Positions 14,301-37,536 of a stretch of 64,000 bases of DNA are shown here, one piece after another; position 1 is the stretch's first letter, and each line of letters begins with the position of its first letter. Source of the DNA: Piromyces finnis finn (taxonomy: Eukaryota > Fungi > Neocallimastigomycota); contig MCFH01000064.1 in the NCBI GenBank assembly GCA_002104945.1, positions 1 to 64,000 on the forward strand, written 5' to 3'. A model generated the notes under the pieces. That model made no database searches. It had not been told where the DNA came from and worked only from the letters and a program-made list of their open reading frames with translations. The position numbers and the translations under genes were made by a program.

Positions 14301-16465
14301 GCTTTACATTTCGTAAAGGATGAAAATACTAGATTCGATATTGCTATTGAATGTGGTAATATTGATGTTGCTTTAGAAACAGCTAAATCATTAGATAATG
14401 AAGAATGTTGGAAGAGTTTAGGAGAAGAAGCTCTTCGCCAAGGAAAACATCAAGTAAAAGAATATTATTTTTATATATAACTTTATTATATTATAATAGC
14501 TTTTTAATTAATGATATTATATATTTATATAAAAAGGTTGTTGAATCTGTTTATCAAAGAATTAAGGATTATGATAAATTATCCTTCTTATACTTAATTA
14601 CTGGTAATACTGAAAAATTAAAGAAGATGTTAAAGATTGCTGAACTCCGTAACGATTATATGTCTCGTTACCATAACTCTCTTTACTTAGGTGATGTTGA
14701 AGAACAAATCAAAATGTTTAAAGAGCTTGGACAAGTTCAAATGGCTTATTTAGCTGCCAAGAGTCATGGTTTAGAAGAAGAAGCCGAAAAGATTTTAGCT
14801 GAAGCTGAAGTTACCCCAGATAAAATTTCATCACTTCCAACTAATGGTGTTTTATTAAAACCACCAACCCCAATAAACCGTCAAGAACAAAACTGGCCAT
14901 TATTAGAAATTTCAAGAAATATCTTTTCTAACTCTATGCTTCAAGAAAGTGAAAAGCCAACTCAAGTTATTGAACCAACTGGTACTGGTATGTTTGACGG
15001 TGTTGGTGAATGGGCCAACGACGATTTATCTTCAGATATGCCAGACTTAAATAAATTGAATTTATCTGCTGCTGATGCTGTTGACATTCCATTAGAAGAT
15101 GGTGGTTGGGATATTGATGTTGAAATTCCACTTCCAGAAGAACAACTTCAATCACCTATCAACACTGACTATGGTACAGCTATTACTCAAGGAATTAGTA
15201 GAAATGAACAATGGGCTCGTAACTCAAACATTGCTGTTGATCATATTGCTGCCGGTCAATTCGAATCTGCTATGAAGGTATATAAAAAATATATTTTTTA
15301 TTTAACAAAACTTTTTAAAAATTTTTACTGAGTTTATTATTATACTTTATTGTTGTATAATGTTTAATTTAGATCTTAAATAACCAAGCAGGTATTGTTA
15401 ACTTCGAAGTATTAAAGCCAATGTTTATGAGTATATATCAATCAGCCAAATCATACTTTAGTGGTGTTCCAGTATCACAGCCACTTTCCTTCCCAATCGA
15501 AAGAGTATGGGATGAAAATCCACACAAACTTCTTCCTTATGTCTGCATTACTTACCAAAATGTTCTTGCAAAATTACAAGAAGCTTACCAAGCTACCACT
15601 AGTGGTAAATTTACTGATGCTTTAACATGTTTCAGCACCATCTTAAATATGATTCCATTTGTTGTTGCTAGTAAACCAAGTGATCTTGATGAAGTAAAAT
15701 ATATATGATTCTATAACATTAAATAATAAAAACATATGAATATAATAAAATATATATTAATAATATTCATTTTTAAATTTAAATTTTATAATTTACTAGA
15801 TTAAAAAGATTGTTACATATGCTCGTGAATATATTCTTGGTTTAAAGATGGAAACTTATAGAAAGGAACTTCCAATGGATAATATGAACAATATTAAAAG
15901 AAATGTTGAATTAGCTGCATACTTCACACACTGTCAAATGCAACCAGCACATATACAATTATCTTTACGTGTTGCCATATCATTAAGTACTAAGGTAAAG
16001 AACTTTGGTACTACTTTAATATTTATTAGACGTTTACTAGAATTAAACCCAGCTCCACAAGTTGCTAATTGGGTAAGTTTCTATTATTATTGTTATTTAA
16101 ATAAAACACATAATATTCACTGATGATATTTAATGTGTAAATTAATGTAATTTCATAATTTCTAATATTAATGTCAATTGCATAATATAAAATATAATTA
16201 ATAATATTAACAGGCTAGATCTATGCAACAAAGATTAGAAAGAAATAATACTGATGAAATTCAACTTGATTACGATCAATATAATCCATTTGTTATTTGT
16301 GGTTATTCATACACACCAATTTACCGTGGTAATCCAGTTATAAACTGTCCATTCTGTAATGCATCATTTAAACCAGAATATGAAAATAAATTATGTCCAA
16401 TATGTCAATTAGCTTTAATAGGAACAAAAGCTACAGGATTAAAGAATATCGTTGAAAACAATTAA
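11338..16465 (+). CDS. COPA: Coatomer subunit alpha (COPI), multi-exon
   Basis: Starts [29 protein letters not shown], followed by WD40 repeats ([24 protein letters not shown]), [17 protein letters not shown] and a C-terminal Cys cluster (CPFCNA, CPICQ). All junctions read are GT-AG and in frame. Confidence 0.97.
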
Positions 16466-17039
16466 GTTTATAAATTTAAATAAACATTCTCTCACAAAAG
16501 AATATATATAAAACTTTTAACTTTAATTTATAAAAATAATTAATTTTTCTGTATTATTTTTTCTTCTTTATTTCAGAATGATAATTTTAAATCAAAACTA
16601 TATTAAATAGGAATTAAAAATAATATAACTACGTAAAACCTAGTATATAATATAATAAAAAAATAATAAAAGATCAATTCATATATTAAATATTTTAGTT
16701 ACATATATTTATAAAAATCAATAAAAATAACTTTAATAATAATATAACAAATAACAATACGAAAAGTAATCAATTATTACAAAAATAATAAATAATTTTA
16801 TAAATACAAAAATATATAAATAAATAAAACGAAAAAAAAAAAAAAAAAAAAAATAAGAAACTAGAAAATAAATATAAAATTAAATGAAATAAAAAAAAAA
16901 AAAAAAATTAAAATAAATAAAATAAATAATAAAAATTGTATAATCTCTTGTTTTTGTCATTTTATTTTTACTTTTCACTATAAATGTATCTCGAAAAATC
17001 AGTATATTAATATAGTTATTGTATTTTACATTGATATGT

Positions 17040-18300
17040 ACTCGATTCCAAAGGTTTTTTGCTATACCTATTTTGGAAATCTCATTCGACGAAGATATTT
17101 CTTCGTTTCCTATTCAATCTAACATTTACAAAAAGGTTCAAAAATTTTTATTTTCATTCAAGAGCTTTCTTACCAATAATTGTGTCCCTATTGGTTTAAA
17201 AAATATAGTCATTCATTCCTATATTTTAAATAAAGTCTTTTATTATGCTCCATTACTTGGTTCCAACAAAAATAGAACTCACAGAATCCAATCTTTTATT
17301 AATACTGCTATTATATGGAGTGTCAATAGCTTTCACAATAAAAGTCTAAATAACAAGGATTTTGTTTTTGAACAAAATTCATTTATTAGTCTATATGCTC
17401 TTACAAGAGATTTAATGATTCCGGCCCTTTCAGGCACTTGTGCTGCGTAACAAGTGAAATGCTTTGTTAAATAGAGAAAATCAAACTTTATTATTAAAGA
17501 TCTCGTCCGATCTATTCCTTCCATATCTCATTACTCTTGAGCCAAAGAATCTTTTTCTTTACATAAGAAACTTATGAAAATAAATATTAAAAGTACTAAA
17601 GATATTAGAGAACATTATTAGAATAATAGTAGCCTAAATAATGAAAGTAAAGCCCTCAGATATACTAACAACAAATTCCTTAATTCAAATCGCCTAATGC
17701 ATATCGATCTCAACAAACTTCACTTAAATTTAGGAATTACTTGGATTATTCGTATTCGATGCGGTTATGAAAACACTACCAGAATTGCTACCGTCAGTAA
17801 TAGAGTTACACCCAACTGCCCTTGTATCTATCCATGTTGCAGATATGATGAATAATCTTTTTATTATTGGATTTTAAGATGTTCTGTATTCTCTGAATGC
17901 AGAACTTCTTCACTTAGCTTTCTTGACGATCTTTTTACTCTTTTTCACAATAAATACAAAAATCAATTCATTACTTACTTCCCGAAATGGAAGTAAGAAA
18001 AACAATTTATAACTATATTTTTACGTTCCTTCTTGGTGAAACTTTAGTTTATGATGAGCTACAAATCGATAAGACGAAACAAAAATATTTAAATGAACAG
18101 CTTTACAGTTCATCAGGGTCTCACGTTCCATTTCTTACTAAAACAATCCCTATCATTAGTAGTTCAATGAAGCTCCTTTTTGATAGGTTTAGTAAGACAC
18201 TTAACGTAATCAAGAGCGCCGACGTCGTACCAATATGGCAAAGGAATATTCCTAATGTTCCGTACATAGTTCAATGTTATTATTTCCTCGAATGAAAACA
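17040..18300 (+). mobile_element. Decayed 5'-truncated non-LTR retrotransposon (thumb, C-terminal region and zinc-knuckle remnant)
   Basis: Translation aligns with the ORF at 49959-52283 (YYAPLLGSNK vs YFAPLLGSNK, SFISLY, IFTFLLG vs IFKFLLG, PFLT). Several in-frame stops (e.g. CAA*QVK, FVK*RKS, EHY*NN). Ends are approximate. Confidence 0.85.
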
Positions 18301-19105
18301 CTATGAATTCATGGGAAAGTTTAGTAGACACCACATTATCATAACTGATGTTACTTCTCTTTTTTATTTCATTTAATTTATTAGGTAGGGACCAATCCTA
18401 CACAGTACAAATTGCAAAGTCATTGAACTTTTATGTAATTCAAATAATTATTTTATTTTATTTTATTTTTGTATATATATTATATTATTTTTATTTATTA
18501 TTTATTATATCTATATGTATTATCCCCTAATATAATGTAATATTTCAAATTAAATAAATAAATACCAGAAGAACTGTATTCTCTTCCTAGTCTAAATATA
18601 TATAGTTATTGTGAAAATAACAAAAAAAAAATAAAAAATAACACAAAATTTTAATGGATTAAATAATTAATCATTATTATTATAGTTTTTTTCTTTGTTT
18701 TTTTTTATTATTGTTTTTTGTTTATTTGATTGTTTGTTTTTTAACATCGAAATCATGATTCTAATAGTTGGTCGTAAATAGAAAATAAATATAAATAAAA
18801 AAGAAAATTTAAAAAAAGTGAATATTAAATTTAATTTAATATTGAGCATTGTACATTAGATTATTTATTTACTATATTGTAAAAAAAATTTAGAAAAATT
18901 TAAAAAAAAAAAATTTAATAAAAAATTTTTTATTGTATATTAATTTTTTTTATTTCACTTATTATATCAATATAACTTTGCAATCTGAATTTTTAAAATT
19001 TAATTAGATATTTGTTTGCAATAAAATTGCAATTTTTTTTTTTTAAAAAAAAAAAAAAAAGAAAGAAAATTAATATAATAATAAAATACATTAATAATAA
19101 TAAAA

Positions 19106-20205
19106 ATGTTAAGATATACTAAAACGACAAAATCATGTTTTACACATGAAAATGTGAAAAATAAAAAATTAATCCTAAATTCAACAATTAATAAACCTGT
19201 AGTAACTAATTTCAATAAAATTAATGGCAATGAAAACAAAAATAAATCTAATATTAATAATTCTTCTTATATTAAAAAAGAATCTACAAAAACCTTGTTT
19301 AATAAATCAAAATCGACCAAAAGCACTCTTATTCCCTTAAAAAATAATACAAATGTTAATAATAATAAAAAAGAATAGATGATTATTTTAATACTTTGCT
19401 TAAAGACACTCTTCCTTTAAATGATCTAAGTCAAAATGAAAAAGATAAAAAAGAAACAGAAAAAAATAAATTACAATTAGAAATTCCAGATTCTTTTAAA
19501 AATTCAAATACAATACTTCCTCCAGTAAATTATAATGTTCAAAAAATACATCATAATCCTTTAAAAAATAAACCACTTCGAATTATAAATAATACTAACG
19601 ATGGAAAAATGGTAATAAAGCGGAAAAACTTTTCAAATTCCCAATTAAAAAATTGTCTCTTAGTTATATATGATGATATAATGTTTGATGATTTTGAGAA
19701 TAATCAGGAACATTTCAATAAAACAGATAATGACACTACTATAATTAAAAAAAATCAGAATTTAAATAAAGATGTTTATAATCTTATTTTAAATGAAATT
19801 AAATTTTGTTATAATACTACTAGTACAATAAATAAAACGATTATTGATAACTATTTGTCCGATAATAAGGTTGCTGAAGATAAATGTCGCTTAAAGAAAT
19901 CAAGCACAAATAATAGATCTTTTAATAAAATATTAGATGATATTTATAGCCTAAATATTAGTGATAAAAGTTGTAAAAATAGTAATAATACCACAATTGA
20001 AAAGAATAAGAATAAGACACTTTCAAATAATAATTCGATTTCATCTAAAGAACTGAATACAAGAATTGTACAGAAAACTCTTTTATCTACACTAAAAACA
20101 TCGATAACTCATAAAACTCGTAAAAGAAAATTTAGTAATAATATAAAATCAAATGCTAAACAAACAAAATTAAATTTTATTTCAAAAAAACAAAAAACAA
20201 TTTAA
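19106..20205 (+). CDS. Hypothetical Lys/Asn-rich protein split by a 1-nt frameshift at an A6 run (19367-19372)
   Basis: ORFs 19106-19378 and 19396-20205 fuse (NNKKRIDDYFNTLLKD) if one A is added. No recognisable domain. Confidence 0.5.
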
Positions 20206-21138
20206 TGTTAATATAAATTTAAAACTTTACTATATATCCATATTTAAATTTTAAATATATACATATGTATTTTTTTTTTTTTAACTTTTACATTAATTCA
20301 TAAAATGTAACAATATTTTAATAGCATATTAATACTAATAAATATAGCAATATTAGTTTTATTTTATTTTATTTTATACTTGTTCATTTTTATAAAATTT
20401 AAAAAAAATTGTTAGAGAAAAAGAAAATCCATTGTTTTTTATATATATATATACTTTTAATTATTTTTTTTTTTTTATCTTTAACATTATATATATCATT
20501 AAATATAATTTTATTGTATTATTTTTATCTATTAATAATTAATTTGTATCTTAAAATACTATAAAAATGAAATGACAATTCAATTCAAAATTTCTAAATA
20601 AAATATAAATAAGTATATATATATATATATGTACAAAAATTGCTTAATAATAGTTTTAAGAAGAAATAAACTATAATATAAATAAAAATATATAATAATA
20701 ATAAAAAAAAAATGAAAATTATTATGATATTCATTTAATTTTTATTTTTGTTTTTGTTTTTTGTTTTGTTTTTGTTTTGTTTTATAATTAAATTATGATT
20801 TAATAGTTGTTCTATAATTTTAAATTAAAAAGGAAAGAAAATAAAAAAAAAAAGAAAGAAAAAAATAAAACAAACTAATAATAAAAAAAAATTAATAAAT
20901 AAAAGAATATTAAAATAATGATAATATAGATATTATAATTTACTTAAAAAAAAAATTGATGAATTGCTTTATGTAAAATATTAAAATGATATATTGTTTT
21001 TGGTATGAATAATATTAAGTAATTAATATTATTAAACATTAAAGATAAAGATAATATAAATGAAAAATTATAGTGAAAGAAAAAGAAAAAAAAAAAATGG
21101 CTCTTTTTTTATATATTTTTTCATATTCAAATGAAAAT

Positions 21139-30223
<9,085 letters not shown>

Positions 30224-32203
30224 TTTTATTAATGATTTTACTATTCTTATGTTATTTCACAAAATTATCTGATTTTTTAATGTTAATTTTAATTAGTTAT
30301 ATAAATTATAGACAAAAATAAATTAAAAAAATGTAATTAAAAAAGTTATGAAATTGATATTAAAAAAAGATGAAACATAACATTAAATTAAAAATCTTAA
30401 TAGCATTAGCATTATTAATAAGTTCATTAGTTTATTAAATATAAATATTAATTAAATATTCCATCTTTAAAAATATTTCATCGTTATAAATAATCATTAT
30501 CTATAATGATTTCATAAATTTTATATCCTTTATATAATAATTAAATTGTAAAAAAAAAAAAAAAAAAAAAAAGAAGTAAAAGAGAGAAAAAGTTATTATT
30601 TCATAATTAATCATTTTTATATGTTTTTATATTTATTCTATATTTCAATAAATCCTATAGTATATATACATTGATTCTAAATTATTTTAACATTAAGATG
30701 ATATTTTGTATTTTTAATATTTTATTAACAGTTGAATTTTTTATATATATGAATATACTAATGAAATAAATGTTATAAATTTATATATAATTACTATAAA
30801 TGTTATTATAATTATAATTAATGAAAAAAAAAAAAATCCGAAAAATAATCCTCAATATATAATAAAACGTGAAAATCCAAAAATAATATAATAATTCATC
30901 AAATTTCAACAATTTTATTTTAAAAATTGAATCTTCAAAATCATCTTTTCAAATATTAGAATGATATGTTATAATTTTATAATATATTCCTTTGTAATTA
31001 AAAATATAATATTATATAATATATAATTAATTATAACTTTATATATATGTATAAATTTGTAAATTACCTTTTTAAAATGTTAATAATACTTGGTATATAT
31101 TAATATATTAATTCTTTTTAAATTTATTGTTTGAAGAACTTCATGTTTTATATATATATGCTATACTTCTTGAATTCAATATATTAAAGTCATCTAAATA
31201 CAATTAATGATTTATTGACTTATCTATATAATATGAATTTTTTTTTTTTTTTTTTTTTTTAATGTCTTATATTACAGATAGAATAAAATAATCTCTTTTT
31301 TTTATTATTAGTTAAAAAATATATATATAAAAAAAGTTTGCATTATATTTTTTATTCACATTTAATAATAATAATATTAGATTTTTAAATTATTCATATT
31401 TATCTATTTTATCATTATATCATTATCATATAATAAAAAAAAATTTCAATATAATAGAATTTTATATATATTAATAAATATACCAAATACTAATTATAAT
31501 AATTAAGATTTAACTTAATTTAATTATTCTATATTATATAATATATTATTATATTACTCAATAGAAATATATTACATTCAAAACTAAAATTGGATTGTTT
31601 TTAGAATGAATACCAATCTCATCATATATTATTCAAAATATTTAAATTTTTAATAAAAAATTAGATTATATATAAATTTTATTGATTCATAATTCTAATA
31701 TATTACTTGTAAATCAATTATATTATATATAAATAAATTTAAAGGCTTATTTTTTAAAAAGATGAAATTTTAATAATAAAAATAGTAATAATAATATTGT
31801 ATTTTAAATCATTCCTCTCCATTTTTTTTTATTAGCAATTGAGATATATAATCTTCAAACAAAGGTTTAATCAAATTCTATAAAAATTGATAGCTAATAA
31901 ATAATTAAAAAAAAAAATAAAATAGCATTTTAAAATTTAGATTTCATATAATTAAATAAGAAATGTAATTTTAAAATCAAATTTCAAATTTTAAAATCTA
32001 ATTATAAATTCTTAAATTTAAGATTAAAAATATTAAGATGCGAACAAAAAGTAAAATAAATTTTGTCTTTTATGTATTTAAAAAAAAACTTCCAGTATAT
32101 TTTTGATATTGATTAAATAGCATTAAAAATTGATTATTTTCATTAATTTCAAAAGTTTAAAAAAAAATTATTATTAAATTATTGAAATTAATAATTTTTA
32201 TCT

Positions 32204-32241
<38 letters not shown>

Positions 32242-32650
32242 TTTTTATGTCTATATTCATATGTAAGGATGTAGAATATCAAATATAATGATTATAAAAA
32301 TTAAATTAATTTAAATAATTATATTATCTTATAAGAAATTTCTTACTATTATCTATAAAAATGAAATTTTAAATAATCTATAAAATTATATATAATTTTA
32401 CCTTTTTTTTTTTTTTTTTTGTAATTTCTACTTTTATTGTTATTATTTAATTATATATATATATACTATTATAATATATACAAAATTAAATAAAAGAAAA
32501 AGAAAAAACTTTTTGTTTTTTGTTTGATTTTTACTATTTTTCTTCTATAAAATGTTTTTGTTGCTGTTATTTTTTGGTTAGCTTTGTTTTGTTTTTGTTT
32601 TTTTAATTATCATTATTGTAATTATTATTTTGCTTGGTTATTTTTATTAT

Positions 32651-35092
32651 TTATTTATTTTCATTATTTTTTCTAATGTATGAAGAAATAAATTCAATTA
32701 ATGATCTAGTTGGACGACCTATATAATTTAATTATATTTAAAAAAAATAATTTTTATTAATTATATATTGCAAAGAAAGAAAGAAAGAAAAATGATGAAT
32801 AATTTAAATATTTAAATTACTATATAAGCTTATTATTATTATTAAACTGTAATTATTATTTTTGTTACCTGACATTCCATTTCCTAATATATCATCATTT
32901 ATAGCTGTATCAACACTAGCAATATCTAAATGTGCAAAACGAAATGGCTTTTCATTTTTGTTAGTTTTTGGAACAAATTGTTTAACAAATAATGCTGCTG
33001 TGCAAGAGCCGCCACTACGACCTCCAGTATTAACTATATCAGCAACATTTGATTTAATAAGTTTATGATATTCTTCTGATAATGGCATACGCCAGAAAGG
33101 ATCGTTTGCTCTTTTACCAGCATGTTTTAAACTCTTCCAAAGTGAATTATCGTTGGTAAATGCACCACTGTAAACATTACCTAATGCAACATCAATGGCA
33201 CCTGTTAAAGTTGCAATAGTAATTAATGCACCATTTTTTCCCCTTTTAACAGGAAGAATATCTTGAGTACCAGCATAGAATAAACCATCGGCTAATAATA
33301 ATCTTCCCTCTTTTTATGTATTATTTTTACCATATTAATATAAATTATTTAATAAAATTAAAAGATTAATTTCTTTAAAAAAAAAACTGATATATTTGTA
33401 TATGAATATACAAACCAGCATCTGTATTGTCAATCTATTAGATAGAATTAATATATAAATTTTTGAAATTAAATTTCATTGCCAATAAAAAATTAATACT
33501 TAAATATAATGAAAAAAAAATAATAATAAATTAATATTACCTCAATAGATTTGTTATTACTAGCATAAACAACATCACCTGGTTTAACTGAAGTACTTGA
33601 TGGTAAATTTTCAGCTAAAGGAATAAAAGCTGCAATATTAATTGGTATCTGTAATTTTGCAACAGCTTTCATCATACCTATATATTTTAATTTTAATTAA
33701 AGTATTTTTAATAAATTTTGGATTACATTTCCAAATTAATAATATATATATTAATCACCAACTAAGCAAGCACCACCACCCATATCGCCTTATTTAGTGT
33801 AATTAAAATATATAATTACATTAATATAAATATTTATATTTAATAATAATTTAAATTAAAATTGAACAAAATTAAAAGTATATCATTAAAATATCACCTT
33901 TCATTGCTTTCATATCTTTTGCAGGTTTAAGAGAAATACCTCCAGAATCAAAACAAACACCTTTACCAATAAAGCCAATATCAGCTGTATTATCATTATC
34001 AATTCTACCACGATAATAAATTTCTAAAAATTTTGGTTCTTCAGCACTTCCTTTTGATACAGCTAAAAAAGCACCCATTTTTTTACTTTGTATCCATTCT
34101 TTATTACGAACAATAACTTCAATATTTTTTTCTTTTTGTAATATTTTGGATGCAGTATCACAAAATTGTGTTGGTGTCAAATAATTTGAAGGTAACTCAG
34201 AAAGATATCTTGATAAATTTTGAGCATCAGAAAATATCTTTCCTATTTTCCATTGTTCTTTTTCTTTTTCGTCTTCTTCTTCAAAAGTATATTTAATATG
34301 TTTATTTATTTTACCATTAAATATAGTTTTGTAATTATACTTTTACAAATAATAATAAAAAAATATTTAATAAAAAAAATAATAAGTACCCATATAAATA
34401 GTATGCAAAAATTATGATATGGTATAATTTAAAACAAGATATTTTAATAAAACTTACTGAACGAAGATGAACACCTTCAGAAACTGCTTTGTTATTATCA
34501 AAAGGACCAACAGAAATATTAACTGGGGTATTTATTAGTTTTAATATTGCACTTGAACCTAAAGCAGCCTATAAAGTTATAATATTTATCATTTAAATAT
34601 ATGTTAATATATAATATAATATATTTTATAGAGAAGAATAACTTAAATTAACATAAAAAAATAGTAATAATAATATTTAATAACATTTAATAATAATAAT
34701 AATAATAATAGTATAATAATAATAATAATTACAGCTCTTCTATTAATATCAGCATTAACTTTATTTCTTTCACCTAAACCAACCACTTGAATAATATCTG
34801 GAAGTTCATTTTTAATATCAGAAAAACCGAATAAACTTCTCATTTCAAATTTTTTTCCTTCAAAATGACTTGCTTTTAAACGTCTGTTTATTTCTTTTTC
34901 TATATATTCATTTTTTAAATCTTTAGTTAAATTCACTTTAAAGTCTTTCTTATTTTTATAAGCACAAATAATTAAAGCATCTGATTTTAAACGTCTTTGA
35001 TATATTCCATTAAAAATATTATTCCAACAAAAAATATTTTTATTTTGAAAAAGCCCATTTTGGACAAATTTTGAAGAAATTATATTTTGCAT
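32651..35092 (-). CDS. M17 leucine aminopeptidase, 8 exons, with presequence-like N-terminus
   Basis: M17 motifs IGKGVCFDSGGISLKP, MKGDMGGGA, NTDAEGRIILAD (split over a micro-exon), IATLTGA, GGSCTAALF, HLDIA and GRPTRSL. Stop at 32651-32653. Confidence 0.93.
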
Positions 35093-35437
35093 GTTTTTAC
35101 GTTTTATATTTCCAAAATTATATTATTTTTATTTTTAATAAATTCATACATTTATATATGTATAAATGATTTTAAATAAATTATTAAAAAATAGTTATAA
35201 AAACCTATATTATATTTTTTTTATTATATAACATATAACATTTTTTACAAAAATGTTTTATTACATTTCAATATTGAAAAGAATTATATATTTTTGTATA
35301 TCATTGTATACAAAAATTACAAAAATTTTAATTTTTTTTTTTTCTTTTTTTTTTGGTAATTGTTATTCATTTATATTTTAAATAAGATAAAAGAAAAATT
35401 TCAAAATTTTAAAATATCATAAAATATAAAAGTTATC
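35093..35437. promoter_or_regulatory. Putative bidirectional promoter (345 bp between divergent start codons)
   Basis: ATG of the aminopeptidase (35092, -) and ATG of cyclin H (35438, +) face away from each other. Called from geometry only. Confidence 0.5.
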
Positions 35438-37536
35438 ATGGAAGCATCATCGATAATAATTCCTTCAAATACCTCAATAAATAAAATTAATAAAAGTCAA
35501 GAAATCCATAAAGAAGAAATAAAAGAAGAAGAGGAACTTGATACAAAAAAAGAAGAAATCCAAAAAAATGAATATGAAAGCTTTCATTTGGCAAACTTAT
35601 ATGAACAAACAAGTCAATACAGACATTGGTTTTTCACTAAAGAAGAACTTAAAGAAATAAGAGAAGAAGTTAATAAAAAAGCTGTAGAGCAAATCAAAGA
35701 GAATATGCAAAAAGAATGGGTATACAAATGTTCATAATATACAATATTCAATTCATTTTTAAAAATTTTATAATGTATAATTATTTTTTTTATAATTTTA
35801 ATAATTTATTTAAAAAGGATTAAAAAAAAAAACTCAGAGTTTAATATTTTAAAATATAATTAAAAATAAAAATAAAAATAACTAATAAAATAAATTTAAA
35901 TAAAATGTATTTTATTAAAATAGTATTAACTAATATAATTATCTATGATATATATATTATAAAGGAATATCAAAAGCAAATTAATAGTAATATCGAACCT
36001 TTAAAACCAATAGATTTTATGACTGCTGATGATCAAAAAACACTTGCTCTTTTTTACGAAACTAAAATTATTGATTATTGTAGATTTTTTAAATTCAGTA
36101 ATAAAGTAGTGGTAAGGAAATGAAATAAAACTTGGCATATTTTTCATTATCAACTATATTATAAGCAAAATAGTTATTCTTTAAATAATTAATATTTAAA
36201 TTTCTAAATATTATTAACTTATATATAATAAAGGCTACTTCTATTGCATACTTTAAAAGATTCTATTTATATTGTTCAATGATGCAATATGCTCCAAAAA
36301 ATATAGTGTTAGTTTTTTAATTATTTAAAATTTAAAAATAAAATAATAATAATAATAATAACAATTAAATCACAAATTTTATTAAATTATGGAATAATAT
36401 ATTATTATATAAATAAATAATATTAAAATGTTCATTTATTGTTATTATCAAAATAGACTAACCTGTCTATTTTTAGCTTGTAAATCTGAAAATTCATATA
36501 TTCCATTGGATGAGTTTTTAAAGAAAGTCCCAAAAGGTCCATCAGTAGAAACAATAAAAGAATTAGAATTAACAGTATCTCAATATATAAGATTTGAATT
36601 CCAAATTCAATCACCATTTTGGGCCTTACATGGATTTTATTTAGATATACAAGTAAGTTAAAAAAAAAAAAGTAGTTGAATAATTAATTTTTCATTTATT
36701 TAAGTTTAAATAGTATAACAATATCTTTTATTGACTTTAATATATAAATATACATAATATACTTTATCAAATGTAATAGGCTTTTCTAAATGGTCCAGAT
36801 AAAGATACAGTAAATCTTGAAGATAATATTCAACGTAAACTTCAATCAACATTTAAAGGTTCCTATGATTATGCATATATCTCACTTTATGGAGATATAC
36901 CATTTACATATTGGCCATCGCAAATTGCTTTAGCATGCTTAATGGTGGCTTCAAAAAATAACGGTTTTACCGAAGATTTAGAAAGGTAAATTGGATGTTT
37001 CTAGAATAGTAATTTAATTTGTATACATCTTTATATATAATAATAATAATAATAAACTAATAATCCTATAATTTTTAATTAAATATATAGTTATATCGAA
37101 AATTTAGTTAAAGATCAAACCACTGAAAAAGCAGAAGAATTTCGTAGAAATATAAGCAATATTGAAAATGATATTAAACAATATGTCAAAATAGAAAAAT
37201 CGGTTGCTATTTCAATAGAAAGAAAACGTCAAGGTTGTCAGGATCCTGCTTTTAATCCTAAGTCAATTTTGTAAGTCAACACAAAAATAATAGCAATTTA
37301 GAATTATAATAATTCATTATTATTTTATTAAAATTTTATTTGTTTGTTTATATTTTTTTAAAATACAATCTATATATCATACTAGATACCAAAAACAAAT
37401 TGAAATGGAAAAAACTGAAAAGGAATTAAGACGTCAAAAGAAAATAAAATTAATGAATGAGCACAATATTCAAGACGATATATTTATGACAAATCCTAAA
37501 ATAAATAAAGATTTAGATGATGATGATGATGATTAA
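35438..37536 (+). CDS. CCNH: Cyclin H (Ccl1/Mcs2; CAK/TFIIH), 7 exons
   Basis: Motifs YEQTSQYRHWFFT, YFKRFYL, LTCLFLACKSEN, LELTVSQYIRFEFQIQSPF. In-frame GT-AG junctions. Stop at 37534-37536. Confidence 0.9.

Noticed and set aside
17440-17870. RIP-like mutation in the decayed LINE
   Set aside because: Too few inferable changes, in mixed contexts. RIP is established only in Dikarya.
30523-30531. ATATCCTTT (and GTATCCTTT on the - strand near 46378-46386), U12-donor-like
   Set aside because: Intergenic with no flanking exon. Shows the motif alone occurs by chance, unlike 44411 where frame and the AC acceptor agree.
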